A stretch of DNA of 63,964 bases, the filler included, from Reclinomonas americana ATCC 50394 (taxonomy: Eukaryota), in NCBI GenBank assembly GCA_048213135.1. It is 17 parts of 17 records of this genome, joined end to end, with 100 filler letters (N's around TTAATTAATTAA, not from the genome) between each part and the next. Parts side by side here need not be neighbours in the genome. Positions count along the whole stretch, not along the records: positions 1 to 5,246 come from AFZH01023903.1; positions 5,347 to 6,562 come from AFZH01023904.1; positions 6,663 to 7,969 come from AFZH01023905.1; positions 8,070 to 10,382 come from AFZH01023906.1; positions 10,483 to 12,848 come from AFZH01023908.1; 12 more parts are not named here. The stretch is one strand, 5' to 3'. The position numbers were made by a program, and so were the translations under genes. The stretch's first letter is position 1; each line of letters opens with the position of its first letter. Positions 1 to 11,912 of the stretch are shown here, one piece after another. The notes under the pieces were generated by a model. That model was not told the origin of the DNA and did no database searches. It saw only the letters and a list, made by a program, of their open reading frames with translations.

Positions 1-300
1 CCCACAGTCGTCACAATGCCGCCACTAATCAAGCCACCAGAGCTCACCGAGCCACCAAGCAGTGTACCGCCAGTGCTCACCGAGCCGCCTTGCAATGAAC
101 CCACAGTCGTCACAATGCCGCCACTAATCAAGCCACCAGAGCTCACCGAGCCACCAAGCACAGCACCACCAGTGCACACCGAGCCGCCTTGCAATGAACC
201 CACAGTCGTCACAATGCCGCCAAGCAGTGCACCAATAGTGGTCACAATGCCGCCGCTGTTCAAGCCGCCAGAGCTCACCAACCGCCTTGCAGCGAACCCA
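1..300. repeat. 99-bp tandem repeat (~3 units); minus strand encodes a Gly-rich 33-aa unit (GGLISGGIVTTVGSLQGGSVSTGGTLLGGSVSS)
   Basis: CCCACAGTCGTCACA recurs at 1, 100, ~199 and ~297; continues the minus-strand FN3 gene apart from a frame slip. Confidence 0.85.
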
Positions 301-3300
301 CAGTCGTCACACTGCGGTAGCGCGACGACGGCTTGATCGTCTGGAACAGCTGCACGCAAGTGCCGGCAATGGCCGGGTTGGTGCCACTGCCGAGCACAGC
401 AGTGTTCATGCCCAGACCGTCAGCGGCGGCCGCGCGGGTTGCCAGTTGACGCCAGGAAGCGGGTCGTCCACTGCCAGTACACACCAGGTAGCAGGTGGTG
501 GCGGCCGCAGTCGTGCCCGAGCCCACCGCAGTCCACGACACGCGGTACTCGTTGGCGGCGTAGAAGTTCAGCGACGGAGAGCCAGCAGCCGGCACAATGC
601 CAGTCGTGGTCACCGGCGCCGTCTGGATGTAGATCGACAGCGAGTTGTTGCCCGTGCCAATCGAGTTGGTGGCGTTGAGCCAGAAGCGGTAGAAGTTGCC
701 GTTCACCACCGTCACCGACGCAGTGGTGTCCGTGCCGGTGGCACCCACCGCCACCGCCGGGTTCGACGCAGTCGTGCCCGACACACCAGTCAGAGCCTGG
801 CCAGAGATGGTAGTCGACGCACCAGTGGCAGTCGTCCACGAGAACGCAATCGCCGTGCCAGTGTTGCTGGTCACCGCAAAGTTGGTCTGGTCGTTCGGCA
901 CCTGGCCCGTCAGCACGTTGTTGTTGAGGCCGTTGCCGAGGATGCCGTCGCCGAAGGTGGCCTGCGTGGTCGACGTGCCAATGCCGTTGATGCCGCGCAC
1001 ATCGATGAAGTAGTTGGTGGCGTCGGTGAGGCCGCGGATCACAGCCTGCTGCACCGAGGTGGTGTTCTGGGTCAGCGTGCTGGCCGTAGCCGCGCGCCAC
1101 GACACCTGCCACTGGTTCACGAAGCCCTGGCCGCCAGTCTCCTGCGGCTGTCCCCAGCTGAGCCAGATCGAGGTCGAACGCTTGAGCAGAAGGTTCGACG
1201 ACAGCGACGTAATGCCGCTCGGGCGCTGCGGCGACGTGGCCGTGGTGATGGTGATGGCCGACGCAGACCAGGCAGTGTGGTAGCCGTTGAACGACGCCAC
1301 GCCAATGCGGTACTTGGTGTTGGAGGTCAGGCCATTCACCAGCAGCGACGAGGTGGTCGAGCCGAGCGAGCCAGTGAACTGAGTCACAAACGAGTCCGGC
1401 ACGAAAGTGGTTGGTCAGGTTCTGCACCAGCACCTGCACGCCGACAAAGTTCGCGAAGCCGTCCGAGGTGGACAGCGAGTACTGCGTGCCGATCACCGTC
1501 GACGGGGTCGACAGCGTGAAGGTGGCGTAGCCGGAGCCAGTCGTGCCAGCCGAGCCGCCAGTGGTCAGAGCCGGCAGCGGGTACGGGCGCACAATCGAGT
1601 TGGCAATCTGCGACAGAGTGCCCGACTGAGCACCGCTCTGCGTCGAGGTCACGCCAGAGTCCGAGCGGGTGTTGGTGGCCTGCACGGCGTAGGTGTACGA
1701 CTTGCCCGGAATGGTCGGGAAGTTGAAGTTGGTGGTCAGCGTCGTCCACGTGTACGTGCGGTTGCAGTTGCTGGTGTTCTGCGTCACAATGTAGCCGTTG
1801 ATCGAGGTGCCACCAATGCCAATCGGCGACGTCCACGAGATGCTGGTGATGGTGTCCTGGTAGCAGTCGCCAGAGAAGCCCACACCGAGGGTGCCAGCCA
1901 CAGCAGCGCAGCCGGCACTCGAGTTGGTGCCGTGCGAGTTCGCAATACCTCCAGTCAGCGTCGGGGCGGCGGGGGCGATCGGAGTATCGTCTGTGGTGGG
2001 AGAAGGGAGGCGGTGGATGAGATACTGATATTCAAAAAAGCACATGTCTCCCTGTCACGCTCTCTTTCTCTCTCTCCCACCCTCTCCCTCTCCATCAATC
2101 TCAACCCCCTTCCCCTTTCCCCTTCAACAACGCAACTGCTGTTGTGAGTGGTCTGAGTGATCGGACCAGCAGCAGTGGCCGAGTTGGTCGACGTGGCAGT
2201 GGCGTACACCTGGTATGTGTACGACGTGTTGGCCGTCAGCGTAGTGTCAGCAGTGTAAGCGGCGGTCAGCGCCCAGCCAGCCGGCAGAGTCACCGTGCCC
2301 ACAGACACCGGGGTCGCGCTGCCCTGGCCGCGGAAGATCGTGAACACCGTCACGGCGTTGGAGCCAAAGTTCTGCGGAATCGTCCACTGCAGGAAGATGT
2401 TGGTGAGGCCGTACTGTGTCACCGCCAGGTTGGTCGGCGGGTTCGGCACGATACCGCTGGCAGCCGGAGTGGTGAAGTTGATGGCAGTGCTGAACGCGCA
2501 CGTCACCGGGTTGGCGGTGGTGCCAGCCGGGTTGAAGGGCGACGTCGGGAAGGAAATCGAGAACTGGTTGCTGGCGCAGATCTGCAGGTTGACCGAGGTG
2601 CCAGCCGGCAGGCCAGTCACGTCAATGTAGTAGGTCGACATGTTGTTGTTCCACGACGCCGCAGTGCCAGTGCCGTTGGTGGACGAGATGGAGCTGGTGT
2701 CAATGTTGACGGCAGAGCCGGCAGTGGCAGCAGTCACCGACGAGGCGCTGGTGGTGTAGTACACCACACGGTAGGCGCTCACATTCGGAGTCGGGGTGGT
2801 CACGTTGCTCTGCGTGGCGCTCGAGGTGGCAGTGTTGGAGCCGCCGACGCTGATCGGGGTCGAGAAGTTGAGGCTCACGCCAGCTGCAGTCGAGAACAGG
2901 CGCGAGTACGCCACACCAGTGGGCGCAGCCGGCACGGAGCCGTTGTTGTCGGCGGTGGCCTGGACGGAGCCGGCCGCCGAGGCAGTAGTGTTGTTGCTCA
3001 CAGTGACGCGGATCTTGGTCGTGTACTGAGTGGCAGCCACAAAGTTGTTGGCATTGCCGCTCACAGTAAAGCCGGTGATCTGCTGGTAGAAGTCAGAGCT
3101 GTACGAGAACAGGCCGTAGAACGAGGTGGTGAGCAAGCCAGAGCCAGTCGCGCCGGTGGTGATGGCAGGCTGGTCAGAGCTGGCGTTGGTCACCGTGTAG
3201 GCGGCGGTCGGCGCAGCGCCAGTGTCGCCCGTGCCAAAGGTGGCCGGGTAGTTGAAGGCGACGACAAACGACGTCGAAGTGACCTGGTCCACAGAGCCAG

Positions 3301-5190
3301 TGTACGGGGCCACAGTGTAGCCAGTCGGCGTGGCAGGCGCACCCGACGCCAGAGTCACCGTCACGGCGGTCGAGAAGGTCAGGTTGGCACCGTTGGCACC
3401 CGGAGTGCCGCTGCCGTTGTTGTAGGTCGTCGAGATGGCGCAGCTAGCTGGTGCCAGTCAGACCAGTGACCTTGACAAGCACGCGGTTGCGCGACAGACC
3501 GGAGCTACCGGCCGGGATGCCGAAGTCGGTCAGGTCGGCAATGGTGGTGACCACAGTCACCGCACCGGTGCCGCAGTCCGACTTGACGTACCACGACGGA
3601 GCACCGCCAATCACGCCCACATTGGCCGCCACACCCTCCCACTCCACCCACGCCGAAGTCGACGTGACGTAGCGCAGGGTCGACGACAGCGTCGGCGCCG
3701 CAGTCGACACCTTGGTGGCATCCGAGCCGCTGGTGGTCAGAGTGCCGCTCCAGGGAACAGCCGAGCGGTTCACCTGCGACTCAGTCCACACATTGATGGT
3801 GCAGCCCTGGCCAGTGGTGGCGTTGGTGGCCAGAGTCACACCGCGCCACGTGCCAGACGACACGGTGGTGTTGGTCACAGTTGTGGGACCAGCGTCGCTC
3901 ACCAAGAATGGGCGGTCGGCAGTGGTGCCGGTGGCGAGGTTGGTTGTGTCAATGTCCTGGAACTGGTTGGCGCCAGTGCCGACAGAGCCGTTGGTGGAGA
4001 GACCACCCTGGCCGACGAGGTCAGTCGGCAGCTAGCAGCTGCAGCCAGATGGTGGCCTGCGTGCTGCCAACGTAGTAGCGGCCGGAGCACGAGCTGTTTG
4101 AAGGAGAGAAAAGGAGAAGGGAGTGTGAGATCACCATGAGCGAGAGAGAGAGGGAGACAAAAAGGTGCGCAACTGGTGGCAGTCCAGAAGTTGGCGCCAG
4201 TCAGAGAGGTGGCGGTGGAAGTGTTCGTACTGGCCGCGTTCGTGACGGAGAAGGCGACCTGCGGCCAGTACAGCTATACAGGCGACCGGCCGGGGAGGAG
4301 GCCAGAGAGGGTGACCTGCCAGCCGGCACCGTCGAGCTCGAGGTACCGGCGAGCAGATGCCGGCTGGTTGCTCAGCGACGCCATTGGCGCCGAAAATGTA
4401 CGGAGTCGCACCAAAAATGACCGTGGCGGCCGTCAGAGTGGCCAGACAGTTGGTGGTGGTGCCACCAGTCACCGACCAGCAAGCCACCAGAGTCGGGGCA
4501 GCAACAGTCGGGTTGCGGCGGTGAGGGTGAGAGTCAGCTGCGAAGCAGTGTCGAGAGCGGCAGTGCCGTCGCCATTGGCATTCTGCGCAGTAACGCGGGT
4601 GCGGTACGTGGTGATCGCGCCAGCCGGTGTCGACACTTCGAAGGCGTTGTACAACGTTGACACACCGCCATTTTTGAACGCCGCAGTCTCCACCTTCTCA
4701 GCCGGCGATGGCACCGCCAATCAGCTGAGGAGTGGTCCACGAGATGAGGCCACGCGCCCGCCGAGGCCGCAGCCACATGCAACAGTCGGCTGTCCGACCT
4801 TGCTCGGAGACTGCTTGCCGTCCTGGGTGGTCACCGTGACGGTCTGCGAGAAAGAGGCGAGGCAAGTGTGGTGAGCAAGCTGCTTCGCACAAATACACAC
4901 ACAAGCTCACACAAAGACGAAGACGCAACAGAGCTCCACGGGCCAAAGCCCCAGTGGCCCACAGCACGAGCGCGCGCGCACCACGTAGCCGCCGCGCGGT
5001 GCTCGGCTGCAGCAGGCTGGACGAGGCGGTGGCACCAGTGCCCGACACCATGTCCACGCACGTCTGCTGAGAGAATGGGCCATTAGCACAAACGAGGTTG
5101 CCGATGTGTAGCTGACGGCCAGGTTGGTCGGCTGGCGCGGGGTACCACCGGTACCGAGCCGCACCGTCACGACCTGCGACGAAGATCACC
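1..5190 (-). CDS. Large Ser/Thr/Gly-rich fibronectin type III repeat surface protein (eukaryotic, multi-exon, partial, with apparent indels)
   Basis: FN3 motifs such as PNPPTNLAVTQYGLTNIFLQWTIP..YTYQVYA, SIWLSWGQP..GLTDATNYFIDVRGINGIG and GLTSNTKYRIGVASFN, spread over ORFs 275-1402, 420-2045, 1955-3364 and 3444-3905; pyrimidine-rich GT..AG introns near 1991-2138 and 4095-4172; frame switches near 1405 and 3445. Confidence 0.8.
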
Positions 5191-5246
5191 GTACAGATTG
5201 AATGAGCAGGCCTGTTGGTGGGGGAAAGAGGTGGGATGAGAAATGA

Positions 5247-5345
5247 NNNNNNNNNNNNNNNNNNNNNNNNNNNNNNNNNNNNNNNNNNNNTTAATTAATT
5301 AANNNNNNNNNNNNNNNNNNNNNNNNNNNNNNNNNNNNNNNNNNN
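5247..5345. other. Artificial contig spacer N-TTAATTAATTAA-N (first of 16)
   Basis: Same six-frame-stop linker between N runs near 5291, 6607, 8014, 10427, 12893, 15723, 17331, 20107, 22743, 28711, 35396, 43178, 45216, 47714, 51919 and 62032. Confidence 0.99.
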
Positions 5346-5799
5346 NGGGCACAGAAGGAAGAGGAGAAGAGACGCAACGGCGATGGTAAGCTGCACGCCG
5401 TCCTGCAGCTGGATATTCTGGCCGCCTCATCCGGATATCCGTTGCCGCCAGTGATGGTCGACGGTTAACGTCGTCGTGCCGTGCGAAGGCATGGTGTGGA
5501 CCGACGAGCACTGATGGAGATAAGAAGGGAGAGGTAGAGATGAGAGGGAAAAGGAAGGAGTGAGCAAAAGGGACGAGGGAAGGTGCTGGAAATGAAGGGA
5601 AGACGCGACGCAACACCGGTGCACCACGCCCGCCCGCCGGCCGGTCAAAGTCACGCAGAACATGTCGCACGCAACAGCTAAGCGCGATTGCAATCCATTT
5701 CGTTGACCGACGAGTATACGAGTACTGTTGACGAAGAGAGCGTGAGCAGATGGCGCAGGATAGAGAGAGAGAGAACGACGCAACTGGTGAGCCGGCCAT

Positions 5800-6562
5800 G
5801 CCACCAACATCTCCAACACTCGACCTCGATCGCGAAACACCAACTCCGTCACTCGCTTGACTCACTCCCCACACACATCACTCGCGAGCCTCCAACACGC
5901 GCCGCCACGCGCCCAGCGACATACGTCCGCCCGCCAAACACACACCGCACCCACAGTCCCTCACCACTCACACTCGCTGTTCGTCACAAACTCCAACGAC
6001 CGTCCTCCACCACTACCCGCAACACTCAACACACTCTCATCGTGCGCCCTCAGCCTCCACAATCACATTCTCCTCGTACACATACCCGTTCGACGAGCTC
6101 GTCCCACTCCATCGACTCCACACTCCCACAACACGCGCGACATCACCCGCCGTCTCACTCCGGCATCAGCACCGCTCCAACTCGCGACGACAATCGACGT
6201 CCATTCCACCACACCCAACAACAATCCACACAATACATACTGTCGTCCTCCGCGACCGTCGCCACCAAGCTTTACACCCTCCACAATCACCACATTGCCG
6301 CCTCGCGGCGGTCCACGCTGCGGTGGCACACTCGACACGACTCCCTTCTCCGAGTACTCAAACACGCCCCACACTCCACTCGTCACCGCACCTCGTCTAT
6401 CGCGCGCCGCCTCGCACACCTCCATACCCGCTCGCCACCACCTCCCCAACAATCTCCATGACACTCAACCCACTGCTGTGCGACTCCATCGTGCACACCG
6501 TACCCGTCGTCCACTGTCCGCTCTGCTCCATGGCCACTCTCGCCACCTCCCCTGCAGTACAC
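5800..6562 (-). pseudogene. Degraded or low-quality IPT/TIG-repeat coding fragment
   Basis: GVVSSVPPQRGPPRGGNVVIVEGVKLG resembles an IPT/TIG start; VRCVFGG..RVMC further on; many frame breaks. Confidence 0.4.
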
Positions 6563-6662
6563 NNNNNNNNNNNNNNNNNNNNNNNNNNNNNNNNNNNNNN
6601 NNNNNNTTAATTAATTAANNNNNNNNNNNNNNNNNNNNNNNNNNNNNNNNNNNNNNNNNNNN

Positions 6663-7890
6663 CCTGACGTCGACAATCACACGCACAGCGATCGTGTGAG
6701 TATGAGACGCATCGCACCTGACCAACACGTTCTCGAAGAAGTACTCCCCAAGAGAAGACTTCAACTCGCCCTCCGCCACATTCTCTGTGAGGTCATCAAG
6801 CAGGAGGACTGAATCTGCGTCCGCGTTCCAGATGGCCTCGAGCACCAACACTGGATCCCCGTCAGCTCCCGCGATGATCGACGCCACTTCCTTCGAGCAA
6901 GGCAGGCCGAAATAGGTGGGCAGAAGACTGCAGAGTGAAGAGGAATGTGTCACAGGCATAGCAGCAACAATGCGCGCAGCGTCAGGACAAACATGCAGAT
7001 GACGTACATGCCGCCCGTGACTCCTGTGTCGGAGGCAGCTAGCTCGAAGCCGCCAGCTTCTCGTAGGACTGGCAGCTCGCACTTGGACGTCAGGATGCCG
7101 TGTTTGTAGAGATAAACACCGCACCTTTTGGGGGAGAGAGAGATCAGAGAGTGAGCAGCAGCATTGTGCCAATGGTCATCGTCGGCAAGGGATTTGTGGA
7201 CATTTGTCGCATTATTGGAATGTGGTGAATGAAGTGTTTTGTTTGCAAGGGTGACGAAAATATCCGAAATGAAGTTCCACCAACCGTCCACGGGAAGCTT
7301 TTGCGTGGCTTGCGTACGCTTTCACCATGTTGTCCAAGGCCTTGTTAACACGCCCCTTCTCCTGAGCCACAAAATGGAAATCGTCGATGTCGTCGCTGCA
7401 CAACACAAGAAGATTGCGAAGAAAATTGAAAATTTAGAGAAAAGTACCGCTGCGCGCGATCGCAGCGGGAGTGACGACAATGATGAGCTCACCCGTCCGG
7501 ATTCCACTTCAAGGCAATGAAGTTTTGGCGACTGTCCTCTGTCTTGCACGTTATCGCTTCCAAAAAACGCGATAATCTGGCAGACTTGAAAAAGCGGCGA
7601 AATGGGGATCGACGGATCGTCTCCAACAATAAGTGCGCCACGTCGCCTTTGCCCTCAGTCATCTTGGACAACGCCTTGATCGTGTCATTGGCCTCAAACA
7701 CGGTGTTGGCCTGATGCAGATGAAACTTGACTGTGTGCACCTGATGAAATGAATGAGACAGAGTGCGCGACAAGAGTACAACTATCACAATACTGGAAAA
7801 CTCACATTGTTCTCCACTCCGTAGCTGGCGTGATTCGCAACCATGCACAAAAGAAGGCGCAGTGCGTGAAGCGTTAAGATGGTAAACCAC
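6663..7890 (-). CDS. Unknown eukaryotic protein, multi-exon fragment
   Basis: Successive protein-like minus-strand segments (HTVKFHLHQANTVFEANDTIKAL.., PTYFGLPCSKEVASII..) separated by short intron-like tracts; no family recognised. Confidence 0.35.
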
Positions 7891-8233
7891 ACGAGACGAC
7901 GGCGCCCCAGATGTTCGATCAAGCCGCCATGACCATTGCCGAGGGAGTAGGAAGGTGTGACACGCTGAANNNNNNNNNNNNNNNNNNNNNNNNNNNNNNN
8001 NNNNNNNNNNNNNTTAATTAATTAANNNNNNNNNNNNNNNNNNNNNNNNNNNNNNNNNNNNNNNNNNNNGGGCGCGCGGCGGCAATGCCTGCTCCCGGCA
8101 GATGACGACGAGGTGGCCTGCAACGACGCATTTGCGACGTGATCCTGTTCCAGCGTAACGATGCGATGCCGCTGGTCCCCATCCGCTGGTGCCGGCCGCC
8201 GTCACAGTCGAACGATCCCCAGGCCAGGCCGCG

Positions 8234-9058
8234 ATGCAAGACGACGTTGTGTTCCCGTCTCTCCCGACGCACGAGACCGGCAAGCTCAAGCGCGGTGTCT
8301 GCGCGATCAGCGGCGTCGAGCTCAGCCGCAAGAACCTGATTGCGCTGGGGACGCTGCGCCCTTCGCTGGTCGAGCATATCCGGCGCGACTTCCCCGATCT
8401 CGACGACAACAGCCTGATCAGCCTCAAGGAACTTGCGCGCTACCGGACCCGCTATGTCGAAGAGATCCTGCGCGAGGAGCATGGCGAGTACACTGATCTC
8501 GACCGCGAGGTCGCCGAGAGCATCGCCCGGCAGGATACCATCGCCGAGAACGTCGAGGACGATTTCGAGGAGCACCGCACCCTCGGCGAGCGCCTCTCGG
8601 ACGGGCTCGCCAGCTTCGGCGGCTCCTGGGCCTTCCTGATCAGCTTCGGCGTGGTGCTGATTGGCTGGATGCTGGTGAACATCGTGATGGCGGCCAGCGC
8701 CTTCGATCCATATCCCTTCATCCTGCTCAATCTCGTCCTGTCCTGCCTCGCCGCCATCCAGGCGCCGATCATCATGATGAGCCAGAAGCGGCAGGAGGCG
8801 AAGGACCGGCTGCGCTCCTTCAACGACTACCAGGTCAATCTCAAGGCTGAGCTCGAGGTCAGGCACCTGCACGAGAAGATCGACCATCTGATCACCCGGC
8901 AATGGCAACGCCTTGCCGAGATCCAGCAGGTCCAGCTCGAACTGCTGCAGGAGGCGCAAGTGCCGAGACGCAAGCCGAAGCGGCGCAAGAATCCGGTGGC
9001 GAAGAAGAAGATTGTTGCAGTCCCGGCTGAGGCGCCGGAGCCTGACTCCGCAGCCTGA
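8234..9058 (+). CDS. DUF1003 domain membrane protein (bacterial)
   Basis: GERLSDGLASFGGSWAFLI..FDPYPFILLNLVLSCLAAIQAPIIMMSQKRQ..DYQVNLKAELE signature. Confidence 0.93.
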   Translation: MQDDVVFPSLPTHETGKLKRGVCAISGVELSRKNLIALGTLRPSLVEHIRRDFPDLDDNSLISLKELARYRTRYVEEILREEHGEYTDLDREVAESIARQDTIAENVEDDFEEHRTLGERLSDGLASFGGSWAFLISFGVVLIGWMLVNIVMAASAFDPYPFILLNLVLSCLAAIQAPIIMMSQKRQEAKDRLRSFNDYQVNLKAELEVRHLHEKIDHLITRQWQRLAEIQQVQLELLQEAQVPRRKPKRRKNPVAKKKIVAVPAEAPEPDSAA

Positions 9059-9160
9059 CGTCAGCTTCGAAATCGATAAGGGAGGAGAGGGTAGTTGACA
9101 GGCTGAGGCGCGCTCTTTCTTGTGTCGGCTAATAAAATCGGCCGTCCTGGGGAGGTTGCC

Positions 9161-10189
9161 TTGCTCCGTTTGTCTCACCTTGCTCTGCTCGCCGGCACGC
9201 CTTTCGCCGCTTTCGCGACGCCTGCCACCGCCCAGGGCCAGGTCACCGTCTACTGCTCGATCCTCGAGGAGCAGTGCCGCGAGGGCGCCACGATCTTCGA
9301 GAAGGCGACCGGCATCAAGGTCCAGATGGTGCGCAAGTCGACCGGGGAGGTCTATGCCCAGGTCAAGGCCGAGGCGACCAATCCGCGCGGCGACGTCTGG
9401 TGGGGTGGCCCGGGCGAGCCGCATCTCCAGGCCGCCGACGAGGGGCTCCTCGACGAGTACAAGTCGCCGAGGCTGGCGGAGCTGCACGATTGGGCGAGGC
9501 GCCATGCCGAGCAGTCGAAGTTCCGCACCGCCGGGATTTATCTCGGTGCGCTCGGCATCGGCTATAATCTCGAGACCCTGAAGAGCAGGAAGCTGGCCGA
9601 GCCGAAATGCTGGGCCGACCTGCTCGATCCGAAGTTCAAGGACGAAGTGCAGGTCGCCGATCCCAGCTCCTCCGGCACGGCCTATGTCTTCCTGGCGACG
9701 ACCGTCCAGCGCCTCGGCGAGGAGAAGGGCTTCGAGTTCCTGAAGAGCCTGCACAGGAACATCAGCCAGTACACCAAGTCGGGCATCGCCCCGGTCAAGG
9801 CGACGGCGCTCGGCGAGACGGCGGTCGGCATCGCCTTCATGCACGACATGCTGACGCAGAAGCTCCAGGGCGCCCCGATCGGCATCGTCGCGCCCTGCGA
9901 GGGCACCGGCTACGAGACCGGCTCGGTCTCGGTGATCAAGGGCGGCAAGAACCCGGAAGCGGCGCGCAAATTCGTCGATTTCACGCTCTCGCCGGAGGCG
10001 CAGGACATCAACGCGAAGCTCAAGATCAACTCGATCCCGTCGAACAGGAACGCCAAGCTCTCCCCCGACGCGCCGAAATTCGAGGAGATCAAGCTGATCG
10101 ACTACGACACCCCGCGCTGGGGCAGCCCGGCCGAGCGGTCGCGCCTTCTCAAGAAGTTCGACGACGAGGTCAAGGCGCTGCCGCGCTGA
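9161..10189 (+). CDS. ABC transporter substrate-binding protein, Fe3+/AfuA-like family
   Basis: GGAGG RBS then TTG start; signal peptide ending ATA-QG; KSTGEVYAQVKAEATNPRGDVWWGG, PKCWADLLDP, ADPSSSGTAY, PCEGTGYE. Confidence 0.9.
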   Translation: MLRLSHLALLAGTPFAAFATPATAQGQVTVYCSILEEQCREGATIFEKATGIKVQMVRKSTGEVYAQVKAEATNPRGDVWWGGPGEPHLQAADEGLLDEYKSPRLAELHDWARRHAEQSKFRTAGIYLGALGIGYNLETLKSRKLAEPKCWADLLDPKFKDEVQVADPSSSGTAYVFLATTVQRLGEEKGFEFLKSLHRNISQYTKSGIAPVKATALGETAVGIAFMHDMLTQKLQGAPIGIVAPCEGTGYETGSVSVIKGGKNPEAARKFVDFTLSPEAQDINAKLKINSIPSNRNAKLSPDAPKFEEIKLIDYDTPRWGSPAERSRLLKKFDDEVKALPR

Positions 10190-10332
10190 TCGCCTGACAT
10201 CGCCCGCCCGGCAGCGCCTATCGCTCGCCCTCTGCGCAAGGCGGGGCTTGCCTTGCGCCCGCTGCGGTGGTCGAAGTGATGCGACCGGCGATCGAGCGAT
10301 CGCCCCTGATCCATCACGCCACGGGTTTCGTC

Positions 10333-10382
10333 ATGCAGCGCGCCATCTCCGTCGTCCGCAAGGCCGCGGTCAAGCAGGACCG
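10333..10382 (+). CDS. Probable urease accessory protein UreE, N-terminal fragment
   Basis: MQRAISVVRKAAVKQD resembles Rhizobiales UreE N-termini from memory; only 16 aa before the gap. Confidence 0.4.
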
Positions 10383-10482
10383 NNNNNNNNNNNNNNNNNN
10401 NNNNNNNNNNNNNNNNNNNNNNNNNNTTAATTAATTAANNNNNNNNNNNNNNNNNNNNNNNNNNNNNNNNNNNNNNNNNNNN

Positions 10483-10762
10483 CTTCGTCATGGCGCTGGG
10501 GCCCTGGATATTCAGCCTGGCCGCCGACCGGTGCGGCTATGCCTGCGCCGGGACGCTCCCGATTGTGTCCGTCGTCGCCCTGACGCTGCCGCTTCTGAGA
10601 GTGGAGATCGCGGGGGCGGGAATTGAGCGGATGGGGCAGGCTTCAGCTGGCCCCATCCGGAAGGTTGATCCGCCTCAGCTCGCATACCCCTTCACGCTCG
10701 CCAGCGCCGTCATCACGCCGCGCAGCTCCGCCAGGCCGCGCAGGCGGCCGACCGCCGGATAG
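10483..10762 (+). CDS. C-terminal fragment of a membrane (MFS-like) protein
   Basis: Hydrophobic FVMALGPWIFSLAADRCGY..LPIVSVVALTLPLL; truncated by the gap, 3' end uncertain. Confidence 0.35.
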
Positions 10763-11871
10763 CCGGGGAACGAGCCCTTCTTGGCGTCGTCGAGCAGTTC
10801 ATGGCCGTGGTCGGGCCGCATCGGGATACGCCAATGCGCCCAGCCGGCGGCCTTGCGGCGGGTCTGCTCGGCCATCAGCGCGTCGACCAGGGCGACCATG
10901 TCGGTGTCGCCGCCGAGATGCTCGGCCTCCATGAAGGAGCCGTCCGGGTCCTTGGCGACGTTGCGCAGATGCGCGAACCAGACCCGGTCGGCGAAGCGGC
11001 GGGCGATGGCCGGCACGTCGTTCTTCGGATTGGCGCCGAGCGAGCCGGAGCACAGGGTGAGCCCGTTAGAAGGGCTGTCGACCGCGCCGAGGATGAAGGC
11101 GATGTCGTCCTCGTTCGAGCAGATGCGCGGCAGGCCGAAAAGCGGCCGCGGCGGATCGTCCGGATGGATGCACATGCGGATGCCGACCTCATCGGCGGTC
11201 GGGATCACCGCCTCGAGGAAGCGCTTGAGATTGGCGCGCAGGCCGTCATGGCTCATGTCGGCATAGCGGGCGAGGATGCGCTTCAGCCCCGGGACGTCGT
11301 AGCGGTCATAGGCGCCGGGCAGGCCGGCCATGATGTTGGCCATCAGCCTGGCCCGGTCGGCCTCGGAGGAGCGTTCGAACCAGGCCTTGGCCCTGTCCAT
11401 GACCTCGGCCGAATGGCCTTCGTCGGCACCCGGCCGCTGCAGCATGAAATGGTCGACGACGACGTATTCGTGCAGGTTGAAGCGCAGGGCCGTGCCGCCG
11501 CCGGGGAGGGGCTGGGCGAGGTCGGTGCGGGTCCAGTCCAGCACCGGCATGAAATTGTAGCAGACCACATCAATGCCGCAGGCCGCGAGATTGCGCAGCG
11601 ATTGGCGGTAATTGGCGAAGATGGTTTCGAGGTCGCCTTCGCCGATCTTGACGTCCTCGTGGATCGGCAGGCTCTCGACCACCGACCAGCGCAGGCCGAG
11701 GCTCTTGTCGGCTTCGATGATTGCCTTGCGCTTTTCAATCTCCTCGACCTCCCAGACCACGCCGTAGGGGATCTGGTGCAGTGCGTTGACGATGCCGCGC
11801 GCGCCCGCCTGCCGGGCCTGGGCGAGCGTCACCACATCGTCCGGGCCGAACCAGCGCCAGGTCTGTTCCAT
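10675..11871 (-). CDS. uxuA: Mannonate dehydratase
   Basis: MEQTWRWFGPDD, WSVVESLPIHEDVK, CYNFMPVLDWTRTDL, IHPDDPP, MRPDHGH, PGYPAVGRLRGLAELRG; true start at 11871 inside the longer ORF. Confidence 0.97.
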   Translation of the reverse strand: MEQTWRWFGPDDVVTLAQARQAGARGIVNALHQIPYGVVWEVEEIEKRKAIIEADKSLGLRWSVVESLPIHEDVKIGEGDLETIFANYRQSLRNLAACGIDVVCYNFMPVLDWTRTDLAQPLPGGGTALRFNLHEYVVVDHFMLQRPGADEGHSAEVMDRAKAWFERSSEADRARLMANIMAGLPGAYDRYDVPGLKRILARYADMSHDGLRANLKRFLEAVIPTADEVGIRMCIHPDDPPRPLFGLPRICSNEDDIAFILGAVDSPSNGLTLCSGSLGANPKNDVPAIARRFADRVWFAHLRNVAKDPDGSFMEAEHLGGDTDMVALVDALMAEQTRRKAAGWAHWRIPMRPDHGHELLDDAKKGSFPGYPAVGRLRGLAELRGVMTALASVKGYAS

Positions 11872-11912
11872 CGTCGTTGTCCTTGTTGAGAGTGCCGTCT
11901 GCCGCGGCTTCT

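Noticed and set aside
275..4500. Frameshifts in the FN3 gene as programmed frameshifting or pseudogenisation
   Set aside because: Single-base indels in short homopolymers are more simply sequencing error. The same caveat applies to the indel at 36685.
9095..9137. TTGACA -35 box upstream of the ABC binding protein
   Set aside because: No convincing -10 element at 16-18 bp spacing.
8018..9844. 608-aa minus-strand ORF and similar long antisense ORFs (287-1519, 2144-3469, 10801-11889, 12901-14028, 31681-32721, 62614-63858)
   Set aside because: Shadows of GC-rich genes on the opposite strand, with no motifs of their own.
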